A stretch of DNA of 64,000 nt from a virus: positions 34,422 through 98,421 of IMG/VR virus record IMGVR_UViG_3300045988_147264; one strand, 5' to 3'. Under the pieces are notes generated by a model. That model did no database searches, had not been told where the DNA came from, and saw only the letters and a program-made list of their open reading frames with translations. This document shows positions 37,313 to 46,758 of this stretch, piece after piece. Positions within the stretch are counted from its first letter, which is position 1. Each line of letters starts with the position of its first letter. The translations under genes and the position numbers were made by a program.

Positions 37313-37882
37313 ATGGGATGTCATACGTGGTTTTATGTTTGTCTTCCTGACAAACAAGAAAAATGGCTCAATGAGTGGAAGCGCATTAAAATAAGAGCCG
37401 TAAACAGACACATCAAGAGCGTCAATGACCTTAGTACGTTGCAGTTGAAGAATCGCATTAAGGAATGGGCGAATATGTATCCTAATAGTGGAATTGAAAA
37501 CTTCACTGTTGAACAATTCAAGGAAGCTGTTCTTAAAACGGATCTTAGGATTAAAAAGATGTTCGACGACAATCTTGATATCTTGCATATAATGAAGAAC
37601 TGTGACCAGGTTGATACATGTTGTATCTATGGCCTATATATGATTCATGACAACAAGATTTATCGCGAGATGAATGCAAGTTATCCTAACGGGAAGCCAG
37701 TTTTCCCTGATGGGTTACACGATCTATTTAGAGTCTATGATTATGAAGCCAATGCTTGCCTAAACATAGATGACTGCTATACCTGCCTTAAAGATCACAA
37801 CGTAACGTTGTCAAACTCGCAAGACAGGGAACTCAAATCATTCTGGAATAAATACCCTGACAGTATTATATGTTTTGGTTGA
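37313..37882 (+). CDS. hypothetical protein (189 aa), Cys-rich C-terminal part
   Basis: ORF. Confidence 0.45.
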   Translation: MGCHTWFYVCLPDKQEKWLNEWKRIKIRAVNRHIKSVNDLSTLQLKNRIKEWANMYPNSGIENFTVEQFKEAVLKTDLRIKKMFDDNLDILHIMKNCDQVDTCCIYGLYMIHDNKIYREMNASYPNGKPVFPDGLHDLFRVYDYEANACLNIDDCYTCLKDHNVTLSNSQDRELKSFWNKYPDSIICFG

Positions 37883-38123
37883 TATGATAATGACAATCTA
37901 CACAGTGATTTTCATCGCGATAGTGGTGATAATCTCTGCCAACATAGTCAAGAATCACGGCAAAGACTGTGTTAGTGTTGACATATTTGGCTATACAGTG
38001 ACATCCGGCGAATTAGTTGTGATTGCAATGTTTTGGCCACTCGCAATAGTATATCTCATGCTCTGGCTTGTATGGAAAGCGTTCTGCGCAATCCTACAGG
38101 CTGTAGGTATCCTTCGTTCATAA
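37875..38123 (+). CDS. small membrane protein (2 TM)
   Basis: Hydrophobic segments IYTVIFIAIVVIISANIV and VVIAMFWPLAIVYLMLWLV. Confidence 0.4.
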   Translation: MVDMIMTIYTVIFIAIVVIISANIVKNHGKDCVSVDIFGYTVTSGELVVIAMFWPLAIVYLMLWLVWKAFCAILQAVGILRS

Positions 38124-38126
38124 TGT

Positions 38127-38924
38127 TTGCACAAGTCACAAATCGCTGTGTTTGTGGCTTATGTTTTAACTAAAAAAGACATGCAGTATTATTTAAAAAT
38201 CGATACGTGCTTCAAGCGCGTACAAGACAAAGATAATCCTTTGTTTAACTGTATTATTCCTGACGAATTCACTCGGGATGAATTCGCTGTTCTACAGGAT
38301 TGCAGATGGTTGGCTACTGAAAAAGTTGACGGTACAAACATGTCATATCATTTCAGATATGAAGCCAATCCGACGGGTAATGAACCACCGCTCGTGGATA
38401 TTCTTGAGATTCATGGTAAAACTCCGGACTCTAAGATACCTATTCCTTTAATCGAGAAGATGCAGTCTCTTGTTTCCAAGGAAGACTTTCATAGGTTGTT
38501 CCTTAGAGAAGATAAGCCTAACTCGCTTGTCGATGTTTGGATTTTTGGTGAAGGTTATGGCAAAAAGATTCAAAAGTTCGGCAATGATTACATCAGTAAT
38601 GGCGTGAATTTCATTGTCTTTGACATCAAAATCGGCAATATTTGGCTCACAAGAGGATCCGTAGAGGAGATTTGTCGGGAGTTACGCCTTGACATTGTGC
38701 CTATCATTGATTATATGACCTTAAATCAAGGTATAAGACTTGTTGAAAAGGGTTTTAAGTCAAGGGTTGCAGAGAATGAAAACCTTAATGCCGAGGGACT
38801 TGTGCTGTCAGCGCCATGTATGATGCTTGACAGGCTCGGCAACAGGATTGTCACCAAGATTAAGACATGTGACTTCAATCAGTTAAAAGCAAAACTCAAA
38901 AGTAATGGAACAGTTCTCGGTTAA
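38127..38924 (+). CDS. Rnl2-like ATP-dependent RNA ligase (nucleotidyltransferase superfamily)
   Basis: Motif I KVDGTN (KxDG), motif IV EGLVLS, motif V IVTKIKT, size ~265 aa. Alternative start at Met 38181. Confidence 0.55.
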   Translation: MHKSQIAVFVAYVLTKKDMQYYLKIDTCFKRVQDKDNPLFNCIIPDEFTRDEFAVLQDCRWLATEKVDGTNMSYHFRYEANPTGNEPPLVDILEIHGKTPDSKIPIPLIEKMQSLVSKEDFHRLFLREDKPNSLVDVWIFGEGYGKKIQKFGNDYISNGVNFIVFDIKIGNIWLTRGSVEEICRELRLDIVPIIDYMTLNQGIRLVEKGFKSRVAENENLNAEGLVLSAPCMMLDRLGNRIVTKIKTCDFNQLKAKLKSNGTVLG

Positions 38925-38951
38925 CAAATGGCTTAATAGTTACAATTTAAT

Positions 38952-39362
38952 GTGCAGGCTAATATGATTCTCACTGGAATATCACATATGTATTGGATAA
39001 CAAGGTTATCATTAATACATGACGCGTTTTTATTCGTTTTTATCATTGCTGCAACTGTGGCGTCCCTTACCGGAATAATTGTTTTTTTATCGACTGGTGA
39101 TGATAAAGATGACTATGCTTGTTTTAAGCGCGTAAAAAAGTGCTTTATTACAGCAATTGTAGCTGTTGTTCTTAGTGGTGTAGGATTGGTATTTGTTCCA
39201 AAAACAAATGAGGCTCTGCTCATTTATGGCGTAGGTACAACAATTGATTACGTTGACAACAACGAAACCATTAAACAACTCCCGGATAAGGCTGTACAGG
39301 CACTTGACAAGTACCTAGACTTGCTTAACAAAGACAGTGAAAATAAAAATTCTCATAACTAA
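38952..39362 (+). CDS. membrane protein (136 aa)
   Basis: Two hydrophobic helices. Confidence 0.4.
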   Translation: MQANMILTGISHMYWITRLSLIHDAFLFVFIIAATVASLTGIIVFLSTGDDKDDYACFKRVKKCFITAIVAVVLSGVGLVFVPKTNEALLIYGVGTTIDYVDNNETIKQLPDKAVQALDKYLDLLNKDSENKNSHN

Positions 39363-39363
39363 A

Positions 39364-40185
39364 ATGAATTTAATCAAATCATCTGTTGAAGAATGGGTGC
39401 AAGAAAACTCGCTTCAAGGGGCTTACAAACAAATCGAGAAAGCCGCAAGAGTCTGCTATAAGTCAGATCTTGGAAAGAATCCCGCTGAATTTGTTGACAA
39501 GCTCGTTTCTAATGGCCATATGGCTATGCTCGAACACGGCATTCTATATTTACGTATCGAGTTTAACCATTTACTCGACCATACGGTACATAAAAGTGTC
39601 AATAAGTTGTTATCATCTCCTTACGTCAAATTCAAAACATTTGGCGTCAACGGAAAGCCAATAGAATGGCACATAACAGCCAACATGCGAGTGTTCTATG
39701 AACTTAATGTTCTTGATCTGCTACAATATGCTGTTACTCCTGACGACTCGTATGAGAAGGTCAGGTGTTTCCACTTTGTGCTGAACAGGGCGATAGCAAA
39801 TGAGTTCGTTCGTCACAGAAAATTCAGTTTCGCCCAGGAGTCTACCAGATTCTGCAATTACAGCAAGGACAAGTTTGACAATCAGGTAACTTTTGTTATA
39901 TCTGATGAGGTTGAAAACTCTTCCTCAAAAGACCTGTTCAAACGAGCCATGGCTGATGCTGAAAGGCATTATCTCACGGCATTGAAAGATGGTCTTAAAC
40001 CAGAAGAAGCGAGAGACATGTTGCCATTATCAACAAAGACAGAGCTTGTAATGACAGGATTTTTGTCAGATTGGCAGCATTTTATCGATTTGCGTTCCAT
40101 TGGCAGCACAGGAAGGCCGCATCCGGAAGCGAAAAAGCTGGCAGACCAAGTAAAAGAAATACTTTATGGATCTACGAACACTTAA
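39364..40185 (+). CDS. thyX: flavin-dependent thymidylate synthase ThyX
   Basis: ThyX signature RHRxxSxxxxSxR (VRHRKFSFAQESTRF) and N-terminal AARVCYKS. Start set at Met 39364 directly after the upstream stop. Confidence 0.75.
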   Translation: MNLIKSSVEEWVQENSLQGAYKQIEKAARVCYKSDLGKNPAEFVDKLVSNGHMAMLEHGILYLRIEFNHLLDHTVHKSVNKLLSSPYVKFKTFGVNGKPIEWHITANMRVFYELNVLDLLQYAVTPDDSYEKVRCFHFVLNRAIANEFVRHRKFSFAQESTRFCNYSKDKFDNQVTFVISDEVENSSSKDLFKRAMADAERHYLTALKDGLKPEEARDMLPLSTKTELVMTGFLSDWQHFIDLRSIGSTGRPHPEAKKLADQVKEILYGSTNT

Positions 40186-40414
40186 GAAATACTTTGCTCG
40201 ATGTAGAATCTCATATACTGTAGTTTGGACTCCTAATCAAGAAATGTATGTTTCATTACCAACGTGTTCTGACAGGAAGCCAATCTATCGATTAATTGTT
40301 ATTGATAACGGGCTGGTTGTTATCGTTACTAACAAGATTGTCGTTTATAATCAAATAGAAGAAATCAAACAAATAAAGTTTTATGATTCTAAAGGTAAAG
40401 AAATTGCACAATGA
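40166..40414 (+). CDS. hypothetical protein (82 aa)
   Basis: ORF bridging thyX and the dUTPase. Confidence 0.35.
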   Translation: MDLRTLKKYFARCRISYTVVWTPNQEMYVSLPTCSDRKPIYRLIVIDNGLVVIVTNKIVVYNQIEEIKQIKFYDSKGKEIAQ

Positions 40415-40808
40415 TGCTCAGTTGCCGTTCTATGCCACAAAAGGTTCAGTTGGAATGGATCTTACATGCGTGAGTGCCGAGTGGGATCGTGAACATAACG
40501 AGATTAAGTATGGCACTGGTCTTGCATTCGAGATTCCTCAAGGATATGGTGGATTCCTGTTTCCAAGAAGCTCTGTATGCAAGAAAACTCTTGACATGGC
40601 TAACTGCGTCGGCGTGATTGACTCTGATTACAGGGGAGAGGTTTCTGCTGTGTTCAGAATCACAAATCCAGCTGATGAAAAGGTATATGCTATTGGTGAA
40701 AGATGTTGCCAGATTGTAATCTTGCCGGTAGCTATATGCGAAATTGTTGAAGGCGATCTTAGCGAAACAGCAAGAGGCGCTCGTGGATATGGTTCAACAG
40801 GTAAATAA
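40383..40808 (+). CDS. dut: dUTP diphosphatase
   Basis: dUTPase motifs KGSVGMDL, PRSS, GVIDSDYRGE. Confidence 0.8.
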   Translation: MILKVKKLHNDAQLPFYATKGSVGMDLTCVSAEWDREHNEIKYGTGLAFEIPQGYGGFLFPRSSVCKKTLDMANCVGVIDSDYRGEVSAVFRITNPADEKVYAIGERCCQIVILPVAICEIVEGDLSETARGARGYGSTGK

Positions 40809-40815
40809 TTATATC

Positions 40816-41052
40816 ATGAATGTATTTAAGTTTGTTTTCGGCTACAACGACGGTAAAGTAAAAGAAAGGCTTATGGTCTTTGACCATGTGTGCGCCGCAT
40901 CCTTTGCTGAACTGGAGGGTAAAAGGCCCGGTTGCGTTTCTGTAGACAAGGAGGAAGTTACGCCTGAAATGGCAAGAGAAATCCTTGAAAAGGATAATAC
41001 TCTTACCGACATCGGCAGAATGCTTCTTGAACAGATAGCCAACAAGAAATAA
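40816..41052 (+). CDS. hypothetical protein (start moved to Met after the dut stop)
   Basis: In-frame ATG at 40816 eight nt after the dut stop. Confidence 0.4.
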   Translation: MNVFKFVFGYNDGKVKERLMVFDHVCAASFAELEGKRPGCVSVDKEEVTPEMAREILEKDNTLTDIGRMLLEQIANKK

Positions 41053-41276
41053 TCTTCAAATCCCGTGTAATATACTTTGTAGCAACATTGTATATGAGAT
41101 GGTATTATCGGTTCAACTCCGATCACGGGATCCATCAACAATCAAAAAAACATTATGAACAAAGTAATTAAAGATTTTCTGATATTCGCGGGACAGAGTT
41201 TCGCGTTTATCGTTACGGCAATAATTTTTGTCGTACTGTTTACTCTATTGTTTGGCGTTATAATAGCTATATTCCA

Positions 41277-41528
41277 ATGATACGAGTTAAGGTAGATGAC
41301 ACTCCTGCGACATGGCTGGAATTCAAAGATGGCACGTCGGAAGAATATATAGCGAAGAGAGTCGCTATATATAAGAAAACCAAGGATGACGAGTTGAAAT
41401 CAATCATCGAAGGATGCAAAAAAGATCTTGGCACAAAAGTAGCAAAGAACAACCATCACTATAAGAAGATGCGTGCTTTGCTTGAGGTCAATATTTCAGA
41501 TGCCTCCGGAGGTAAAATACTATACTAA
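41277..41528 (+). CDS. hypothetical protein (83 aa)
   Basis: ORF. Confidence 0.4.
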   Translation: MIRVKVDDTPATWLEFKDGTSEEYIAKRVAIYKKTKDDELKSIIEGCKKDLGTKVAKNNHHYKKMRALLEVNISDASGGKILY

Positions 41529-41531
41529 AAA

Positions 41532-41861
41532 ATGTTAACATTCAAAACAAATGTTTTAGGCGGACCCCCCTTCTATATGGGGACTGTAACTTATAATAAG
41601 ACTCCAACAGATTCACACAGGAGCGCTTATTATGGCCATTTAAGCTCATCTTCAAGACCGATCGATCTTGACAACAACAGAAGAAGTGTATGTGTTCATT
41701 ACTCGCCGGTAAAAGACAATACCAAGCCGTTCGATTTGCGACAAGTAGCCGTCGCGATGAGGGCTATTATGAAAACAATTAATAATTGTGAAAAAGATAG
41801 AATTAGATCCCGCGGACGTCGCATTATTCTCGGCGACGCAAATGAACCTTTTATTATCTGA
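41532..41861 (+). CDS. hypothetical protein (109 aa)
   Basis: ORF. Confidence 0.4.
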   Translation: MLTFKTNVLGGPPFYMGTVTYNKTPTDSHRSAYYGHLSSSSRPIDLDNNRRSVCVHYSPVKDNTKPFDLRQVAVAMRAIMKTINNCEKDRIRSRGRRIILGDANEPFII

Positions 41862-42405
41862 TGGACATCAGTTCATTCAATATTATTCACAAAGAAGGGT
41901 ATGTTATCCAGATTATGGTTCCGGAACAGATCTTGTTGACAAATTAAATCTATATGATGGTATTCAAAATGTAGAATCAATCGCGGATTTCTGCTTTGAT
42001 GGATGTCCTCCTATCGAGATGCCAATCAAGATAGATGTGATTTGTGACGATGTGTTATATATTGAAAGAAATATTGAAGATTGCCCTGAAAATCTGAAAC
42101 AAAAAATCTTGGATACAATCATGATAGAAGCGGTTAACTTACTTACAATGTATAATGATAGCCTTAGATTCAAGTTGTCACGAAAACAAGGTAAGACAAA
42201 CTTTTATATGCGTGAGGCATCTAAGATCAAAGTTTTCACAGGTAGCGGCTTGTTTTCAATACGAACAAAAAAGCCTATGGCTATTCGTGCATTCATGAAG
42301 ACAAAACTGAAATCAATCTTTGATGCCAGAGCTGCCATGTGTTGGGATTCAAGATATCTCGCGAAAACAAACAGATTCTATAAAAAAATGATTGAATATG
42401 TTTAA
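41842..42405 (+). CDS. hypothetical protein (listed ORF starts at GTG 41788; first ATG at 41842)
   Basis: ORF. Confidence 0.4.
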   Translation: MNLLLSDGHQFIQYYSQRRVCYPDYGSGTDLVDKLNLYDGIQNVESIADFCFDGCPPIEMPIKIDVICDDVLYIERNIEDCPENLKQKILDTIMIEAVNLLTMYNDSLRFKLSRKQGKTNFYMREASKIKVFTGSGLFSIRTKKPMAIRAFMKTKLKSIFDARAAMCWDSRYLAKTNRFYKKMIEYV

Positions 42406-43066
42406 TTTTGACATAAGGAGGATCCATACCAAATATCGTATCAGTATACCTTCTATTATATATAAATCTGCATCGAATGGTATGGTCGTGGATCAGCCTC
42501 GAAATTTAGGCGCAAAATGTTATTTTAGTATATATATGTTCAAACCGAATCGAAAAGTCCTTGCCTTGGTTCTATCACGACCATATCTAAGGGAGATTGT
42601 GTTGCTAGCAATCGATTATCTCGAGTCAAAGTTCGGAAAAGACAGGAAGAATCTCTTTAGATTAGCTTATGTTTTATCCGGAATGTATGGCATTGATTTG
42701 ATTAATACGATCATAACGCAAGCCATGTCCATCTATTATAGCGTTGGTGATATCTTTGACGAAAAAGCAACTGTTGAAAAAGCTATTGCCACTATAGATA
42801 TGGGCAATAAAGTCAAATTTAACCTTAAAAATGGTGTATGTTTGCCATTCGCGTCAAATATTTTTCTAGAACCATGGGTGAAAGAATATTATTCCAATCT
42901 TATACAACAATATGATCAGAATGTATTCTATATCCACTTAATTGATTCAATGGCGTCAATGGAGAAATATAATATTCTTGACACAACGCTTTCATGGGCG
43001 CATTGCAGCGAATCGTCGGATGTATGGATGGATCGTAACCGAAAATTCAATGAGAAATATGACTGA
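42392..43066 (+). CDS. hypothetical protein (224 aa)
   Basis: ORF. Confidence 0.45.
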   Translation: MNMFNFDIRRIHTKYRISIPSIIYKSASNGMVVDQPRNLGAKCYFSIYMFKPNRKVLALVLSRPYLREIVLLAIDYLESKFGKDRKNLFRLAYVLSGMYGIDLINTIITQAMSIYYSVGDIFDEKATVEKAIATIDMGNKVKFNLKNGVCLPFASNIFLEPWVKEYYSNLIQQYDQNVFYIHLIDSMASMEKYNILDTTLSWAHCSESSDVWMDRNRKFNEKYD

Positions 43067-43073
43067 GACAACA

Positions 43074-43274
43074 ATGAATATTAATCCCAGAGACAAGTAC
43101 TTTGGAATTACGCCTTTGACCGGCCACGATGAGGCTATCGGTAAAATCAAGGATAAGATTACATCACAGAAGGACTATATCGACCTTCCGTTTCAGACGT
43201 CAAGAGAATCTCGCGCAGTCTGTGATGGTCTGTATGAATTCATTATGAACATAACAAGATTCAGCGATGAATGA
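43074..43274 (+). CDS. hypothetical small protein (trimmed to the first ATG after the upstream stop)
   Basis: ATG at 43074 verified in the sequence. Confidence 0.35.
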   Translation: MNINPRDKYFGITPLTGHDEAIGKIKDKITSQKDYIDLPFQTSRESRAVCDGLYEFIMNITRFSDE

Positions 43275-43908
43275 TAATGAGTTCAGGTTAACAGAACTTT
43301 TTGAGTACAGCGCTACCGAGTTATACATGATGAGGAAATGCAGGTCAAACATCGGTTTTATAGCCATAAAATATGATGTTATGAAGCATCTTAAAAAGCT
43401 TCCGGAATTTGATAAGGAAGAGAATGGATATATGAGACCATGGGATCTGCTAAAAGAGTTGAGGCCAAATAGGACGAAATATACCGATAACGAACCGTTT
43501 TCATTTCATCACGTTGGGCGCGGATCGATTGGCATAAGCACAACTCTTCCAGTATCAGATTACGGAACGTTTATCTTTCCTTATCCGAAGTGCATCAACG
43601 ATAAGCAAATGTACTATCGTTATATAGGTAAGACAGGCGCGGCATCTGCCTTGTGGAGATACGGGGCCAATTTTATCATGTCAGCCAAGTCTGATACAAA
43701 GAGGCATTGTAGCTACGTAGCTGATTTCTATTTCGTCTATGGAAACAAGGTTGTTCTGGTCTCATGTACTAACTATAATAAAGTTGTGGACGCGCTGTTT
43801 ACCAAGGCAAGATCATCTGAAAACCTTGGATTAGCAAAGGCTTACGACAGGGAACATCCAAATATCTATCATGATATTTATGGTTGTATTGACATTAAGG
43901 TGTTATGA
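43267..43908 (+). CDS. hypothetical protein (213 aa)
   Basis: ORF. Confidence 0.45.
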   Translation: MNDNEFRLTELFEYSATELYMMRKCRSNIGFIAIKYDVMKHLKKLPEFDKEENGYMRPWDLLKELRPNRTKYTDNEPFSFHHVGRGSIGISTTLPVSDYGTFIFPYPKCINDKQMYYRYIGKTGAASALWRYGANFIMSAKSDTKRHCSYVADFYFVYGNKVVLVSCTNYNKVVDALFTKARSSENLGLAKAYDREHPNIYHDIYGCIDIKVL

Positions 43909-44207
43909 AAACGTTTAGAGAGATAGCAACAGAACAAATTGACATTTACGAAAAGAAAAACGCCGATTATGGTGATGCCGCTGAATCGTTATATCGTGAA
44001 CACGGTATGACGTACTTCATAATAATGCTGAAGCAGAAACTTCTCAGAATTGAGAGTATATGTAAACAGCAGTCTGTTAACTTTGAGTCTCTCGAAGACT
44101 CTTTCAGAGATATATCGAATTATGCAATTATGGCCGCGATGCGTTGCCCCGACAAGAAAGAACCGGTACAGCAAGCCGCCACAGTGCATATTCCGAAAAG
44201 ACGTTAA
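43905..44207 (+). CDS. hypothetical protein (100 aa)
   Basis: ORF. Confidence 0.4.
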   Translation: MKTFREIATEQIDIYEKKNADYGDAAESLYREHGMTYFIIMLKQKLLRIESICKQQSVNFESLEDSFRDISNYAIMAAMRCPDKKEPVQQAATVHIPKRR

Positions 44208-44291
44208 ACATTAAAAAAACAATGATAAACAAATCACCACCAAAACAATCTGTATAAGCAGACTATTGTAATAATAAAAAAAACAAAACAT

Positions 44292-44894
44292 ATGGATATA
44301 AACATAAAGGGTAAGGTCTTAGACAAATGTAAGGTCGATGTACAGACCGCTCTTGCATTGGTGTTGTTGAAAAAGTGCGGGAATATTCCTCTCCTGTTAA
44401 ACAATATGTACGAGCGTGGTCTCGTTAATATGGTTGACACGGATTTTGGATATTCCTTAACTAACGAGGGGATAGATGCCGCTAATTTCATTCTGTGTGA
44501 GGGGAAAGTTCAACAATCCTCGCAATCAGAAGAGGCGATTGAAGTGGCATTGGCAATGATGGAAATATATCCAAACGGCCGAAAAGAAAGTTCCGCGTCG
44601 GTACCACAGTCTTGGAGAGGAAATAAATATGACATAACCAACAGGATAATTAAATTCTGGAACGCATATGGTCATCGCTCCAAAGAAGAGATGGTTGACG
44701 CCACAAAGAGATACGTTGATAGTTTTAACGGAGATTACACTTATATGAAGTTATTGAAATACTTCATCTGGAAGTGTGATGGCCTTGGTAGTAGTATCGC
44801 CAACGGTGACTCCACATCGCTGTTAGCTGATTTTCTTGAAAATAAGTCTTTAGAGCCAGCAACAATAGCCAGTCCTTTCGCTCATATCAGGTAG
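44292..44894 (+). CDS. hypothetical protein (200 aa)
   Basis: ORF. Confidence 0.45.
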   Translation: MDINIKGKVLDKCKVDVQTALALVLLKKCGNIPLLLNNMYERGLVNMVDTDFGYSLTNEGIDAANFILCEGKVQQSSQSEEAIEVALAMMEIYPNGRKESSASVPQSWRGNKYDITNRIIKFWNAYGHRSKEEMVDATKRYVDSFNGDYTYMKLLKYFIWKCDGLGSSIANGDSTSLLADFLENKSLEPATIASPFAHIR

Positions 44895-44897
44895 CGA

Positions 44898-46160
44898 ATG
44901 GGAGAGCTTGTACATAGAATCATTGGCAATCTTGAACAAAGACGCCAAAGAGTATTGAACGGAGAGATAAACTGCATACCGTCGCCGTTATCTCGATTTC
45001 GATGTGATTTTCCCGGTGTGGAACAGGGTAAGTTCTACCTTGTGTCAGGAGGCTCAAAAGCAGCAAAAACACAAATCACGTCGTTTCTATTTCTTTTCAA
45101 TAGTGTATTATATGCTTATCAACATCCAGAAAAAGCAGATTTGACTGTATTCTATTTTCCATTGGAGGAAACGCCGGAAGCGATAACCCTAAGGTTCATG
45201 AGTTTTCTGCTATATATTCTTTCTGGTGGGAAATTAGTTGTATCGTCAACGGATCTCAAGTCAGTGGATGAACGTAATCCATTGGATGAGTCTATACTAA
45301 AGGAACTCAATTCTGAGCGATATCAGCGCATTCTGGACTTCTTTGAGACACATGTACACTTCTATCAAGAAAAGAATCCTACTGGCATATTCTTGAAGGT
45401 TAAATCCTATGCCGAACAACACGGTACGACTCATTATAAAGAGATGAAGTTCAACCGAGATAACGGCAAGGAAGAAACGGCACAGGTGTTTGATTACTAT
45501 GTGCCGGATAACCCAAATGAGTATGTTATCATCATCACCGATCACGTGTCGCTCTTATCCACAGAGCGCGGTGGGTCATTAAAAGAAGCCATTGATACAT
45601 ACAGTACGTATATGGTGACACTTCGTAACAGGTATAATTATACGCCTATCGCAGTTCAGCAGCAGAACGTTGAGACGATTGGTCTTGATGCGTTCAAAGC
45701 AAACAAGATTAGACCGACACTTGCCGGTCTTGCTGACTCTAAGAATACCGGCAAGGATTGTACTGTTATGCTGGGAATAACCAATCCATTCGCGTTTGAA
45801 ATACCTACCTGGGATAAGTATGATATCACGAGACTTCGCGACAGCGCGAGATTTCTTGAGATAGTACTCAATCGGGAAGGTCAGTCAAACTGTAGGATAG
45901 GACTGTATTTTAATGGTGCTTCAAATTACTTTGAGGAACTCCCGCCACCCAATGACAAGGAGAGGCTCAACGCTATATACAACAGGATAGATGCTCTTGA
46001 AAAAGAGAAACTTTCAATTTGTTGTATGAGTTACTGTTCGCCTAATAATAAAGATACGAGAGAGAGAAATGGCAAGCGTAAGTATAATACTTGGTACTAC
46101 AGGTACCGGAAAAAGCACAAGCATTCGTGGACTGGATCCCAAAGAAACAGTTATAATTAA
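44898..46160 (+). CDS. DnaB-like replicative helicase (RecA-fold)
   Basis: P-loop-like GKFYLVSGGSKAAKT, Walker B-like VIIITDHVSL, DnaB C-terminal-like LRDSARFLEIVLNREGQSN. The last ~30 codons overlap the next gene and may not be real. Confidence 0.6.
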   Translation: MGELVHRIIGNLEQRRQRVLNGEINCIPSPLSRFRCDFPGVEQGKFYLVSGGSKAAKTQITSFLFLFNSVLYAYQHPEKADLTVFYFPLEETPEAITLRFMSFLLYILSGGKLVVSSTDLKSVDERNPLDESILKELNSERYQRILDFFETHVHFYQEKNPTGIFLKVKSYAEQHGTTHYKEMKFNRDNGKEETAQVFDYYVPDNPNEYVIIITDHVSLLSTERGGSLKEAIDTYSTYMVTLRNRYNYTPIAVQQQNVETIGLDAFKANKIRPTLAGLADSKNTGKDCTVMLGITNPFAFEIPTWDKYDITRLRDSARFLEIVLNREGQSNCRIGLYFNGASNYFEELPPPNDKERLNAIYNRIDALEKEKLSICCMSYCSPNNKDTRERNGKRKYNTWYYRYRKKHKHSWTGSQRNSYN

Positions 46161-46749
46161 CGTTCTCGGTAAAAGATTGCCCTTTAAAGGAAGCAATACT
46201 GTTTACAATCGCGAGAAGAAAAACCTTTTCCAAGTAGAGTCTTCGGAGGAGATCGTGCGTTTAATCGAACAGATAGACAAGAACGCTCCTCACGTAAAGA
46301 ATGTGATCATAGATGATTGCAGTTATACAATGAGAAAGGAATATTTCAATCGAGCGAAAGAACGCGGTTATGACAGGTTCGTTGACATTGCGGTCCATAC
46401 ACAACAAATAATTCAGGCATGCGAGAAAGCAAGGGAAGATATTGATGTCTTTCTTATGTATCATAGCGAGGACGTGGTTGACAACGGCACAATAGTGACG
46501 TATAAGATTGCGACCATCGGCAAGATGCTTGATCAAACGTATAATCCTATGGAGGTAGTTCCAGTAGTCCTTTTCGCCACAACGAAATTTGATGATAAGG
46601 GTATGCCGACATATGGATTTATCACACATCGAATGCAACTTAACGGTGTAGCCATTCCGGCAAAATCGCCGCATGGCATGTTCAAGGATGATTTCATTCC
46701 TAATGACCTTGGATTGGTCAAGAAAGCTTTTGTTGAATATTATAACTAA
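46069..46749 (+). CDS. AAA/AAA_24-like P-loop ATPase (replication/recombination associated)
   Basis: Walker A GTTGTGKST at the N-terminus, Walker B VIIDDCS. Confidence 0.55.
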   Translation: MASVSIILGTTGTGKSTSIRGLDPKETVIINVLGKRLPFKGSNTVYNREKKNLFQVESSEEIVRLIEQIDKNAPHVKNVIIDDCSYTMRKEYFNRAKERGYDRFVDIAVHTQQIIQACEKAREDIDVFLMYHSEDVVDNGTIVTYKIATIGKMLDQTYNPMEVVPVVLFATTKFDDKGMPTYGFITHRMQLNGVAIPAKSPHGMFKDDFIPNDLGLVKKAFVEYYN

Positions 46750-46758
46750 CAGTGACAT

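Noticed and set aside
42942-43274. Listed 110-aa ORF overlapping the end of 42392..43066 by 125 nt
   Set aside because: The N-terminal part is out-of-frame read-through of the upstream gene. It was trimmed to the first ATG after the upstream stop (43074).
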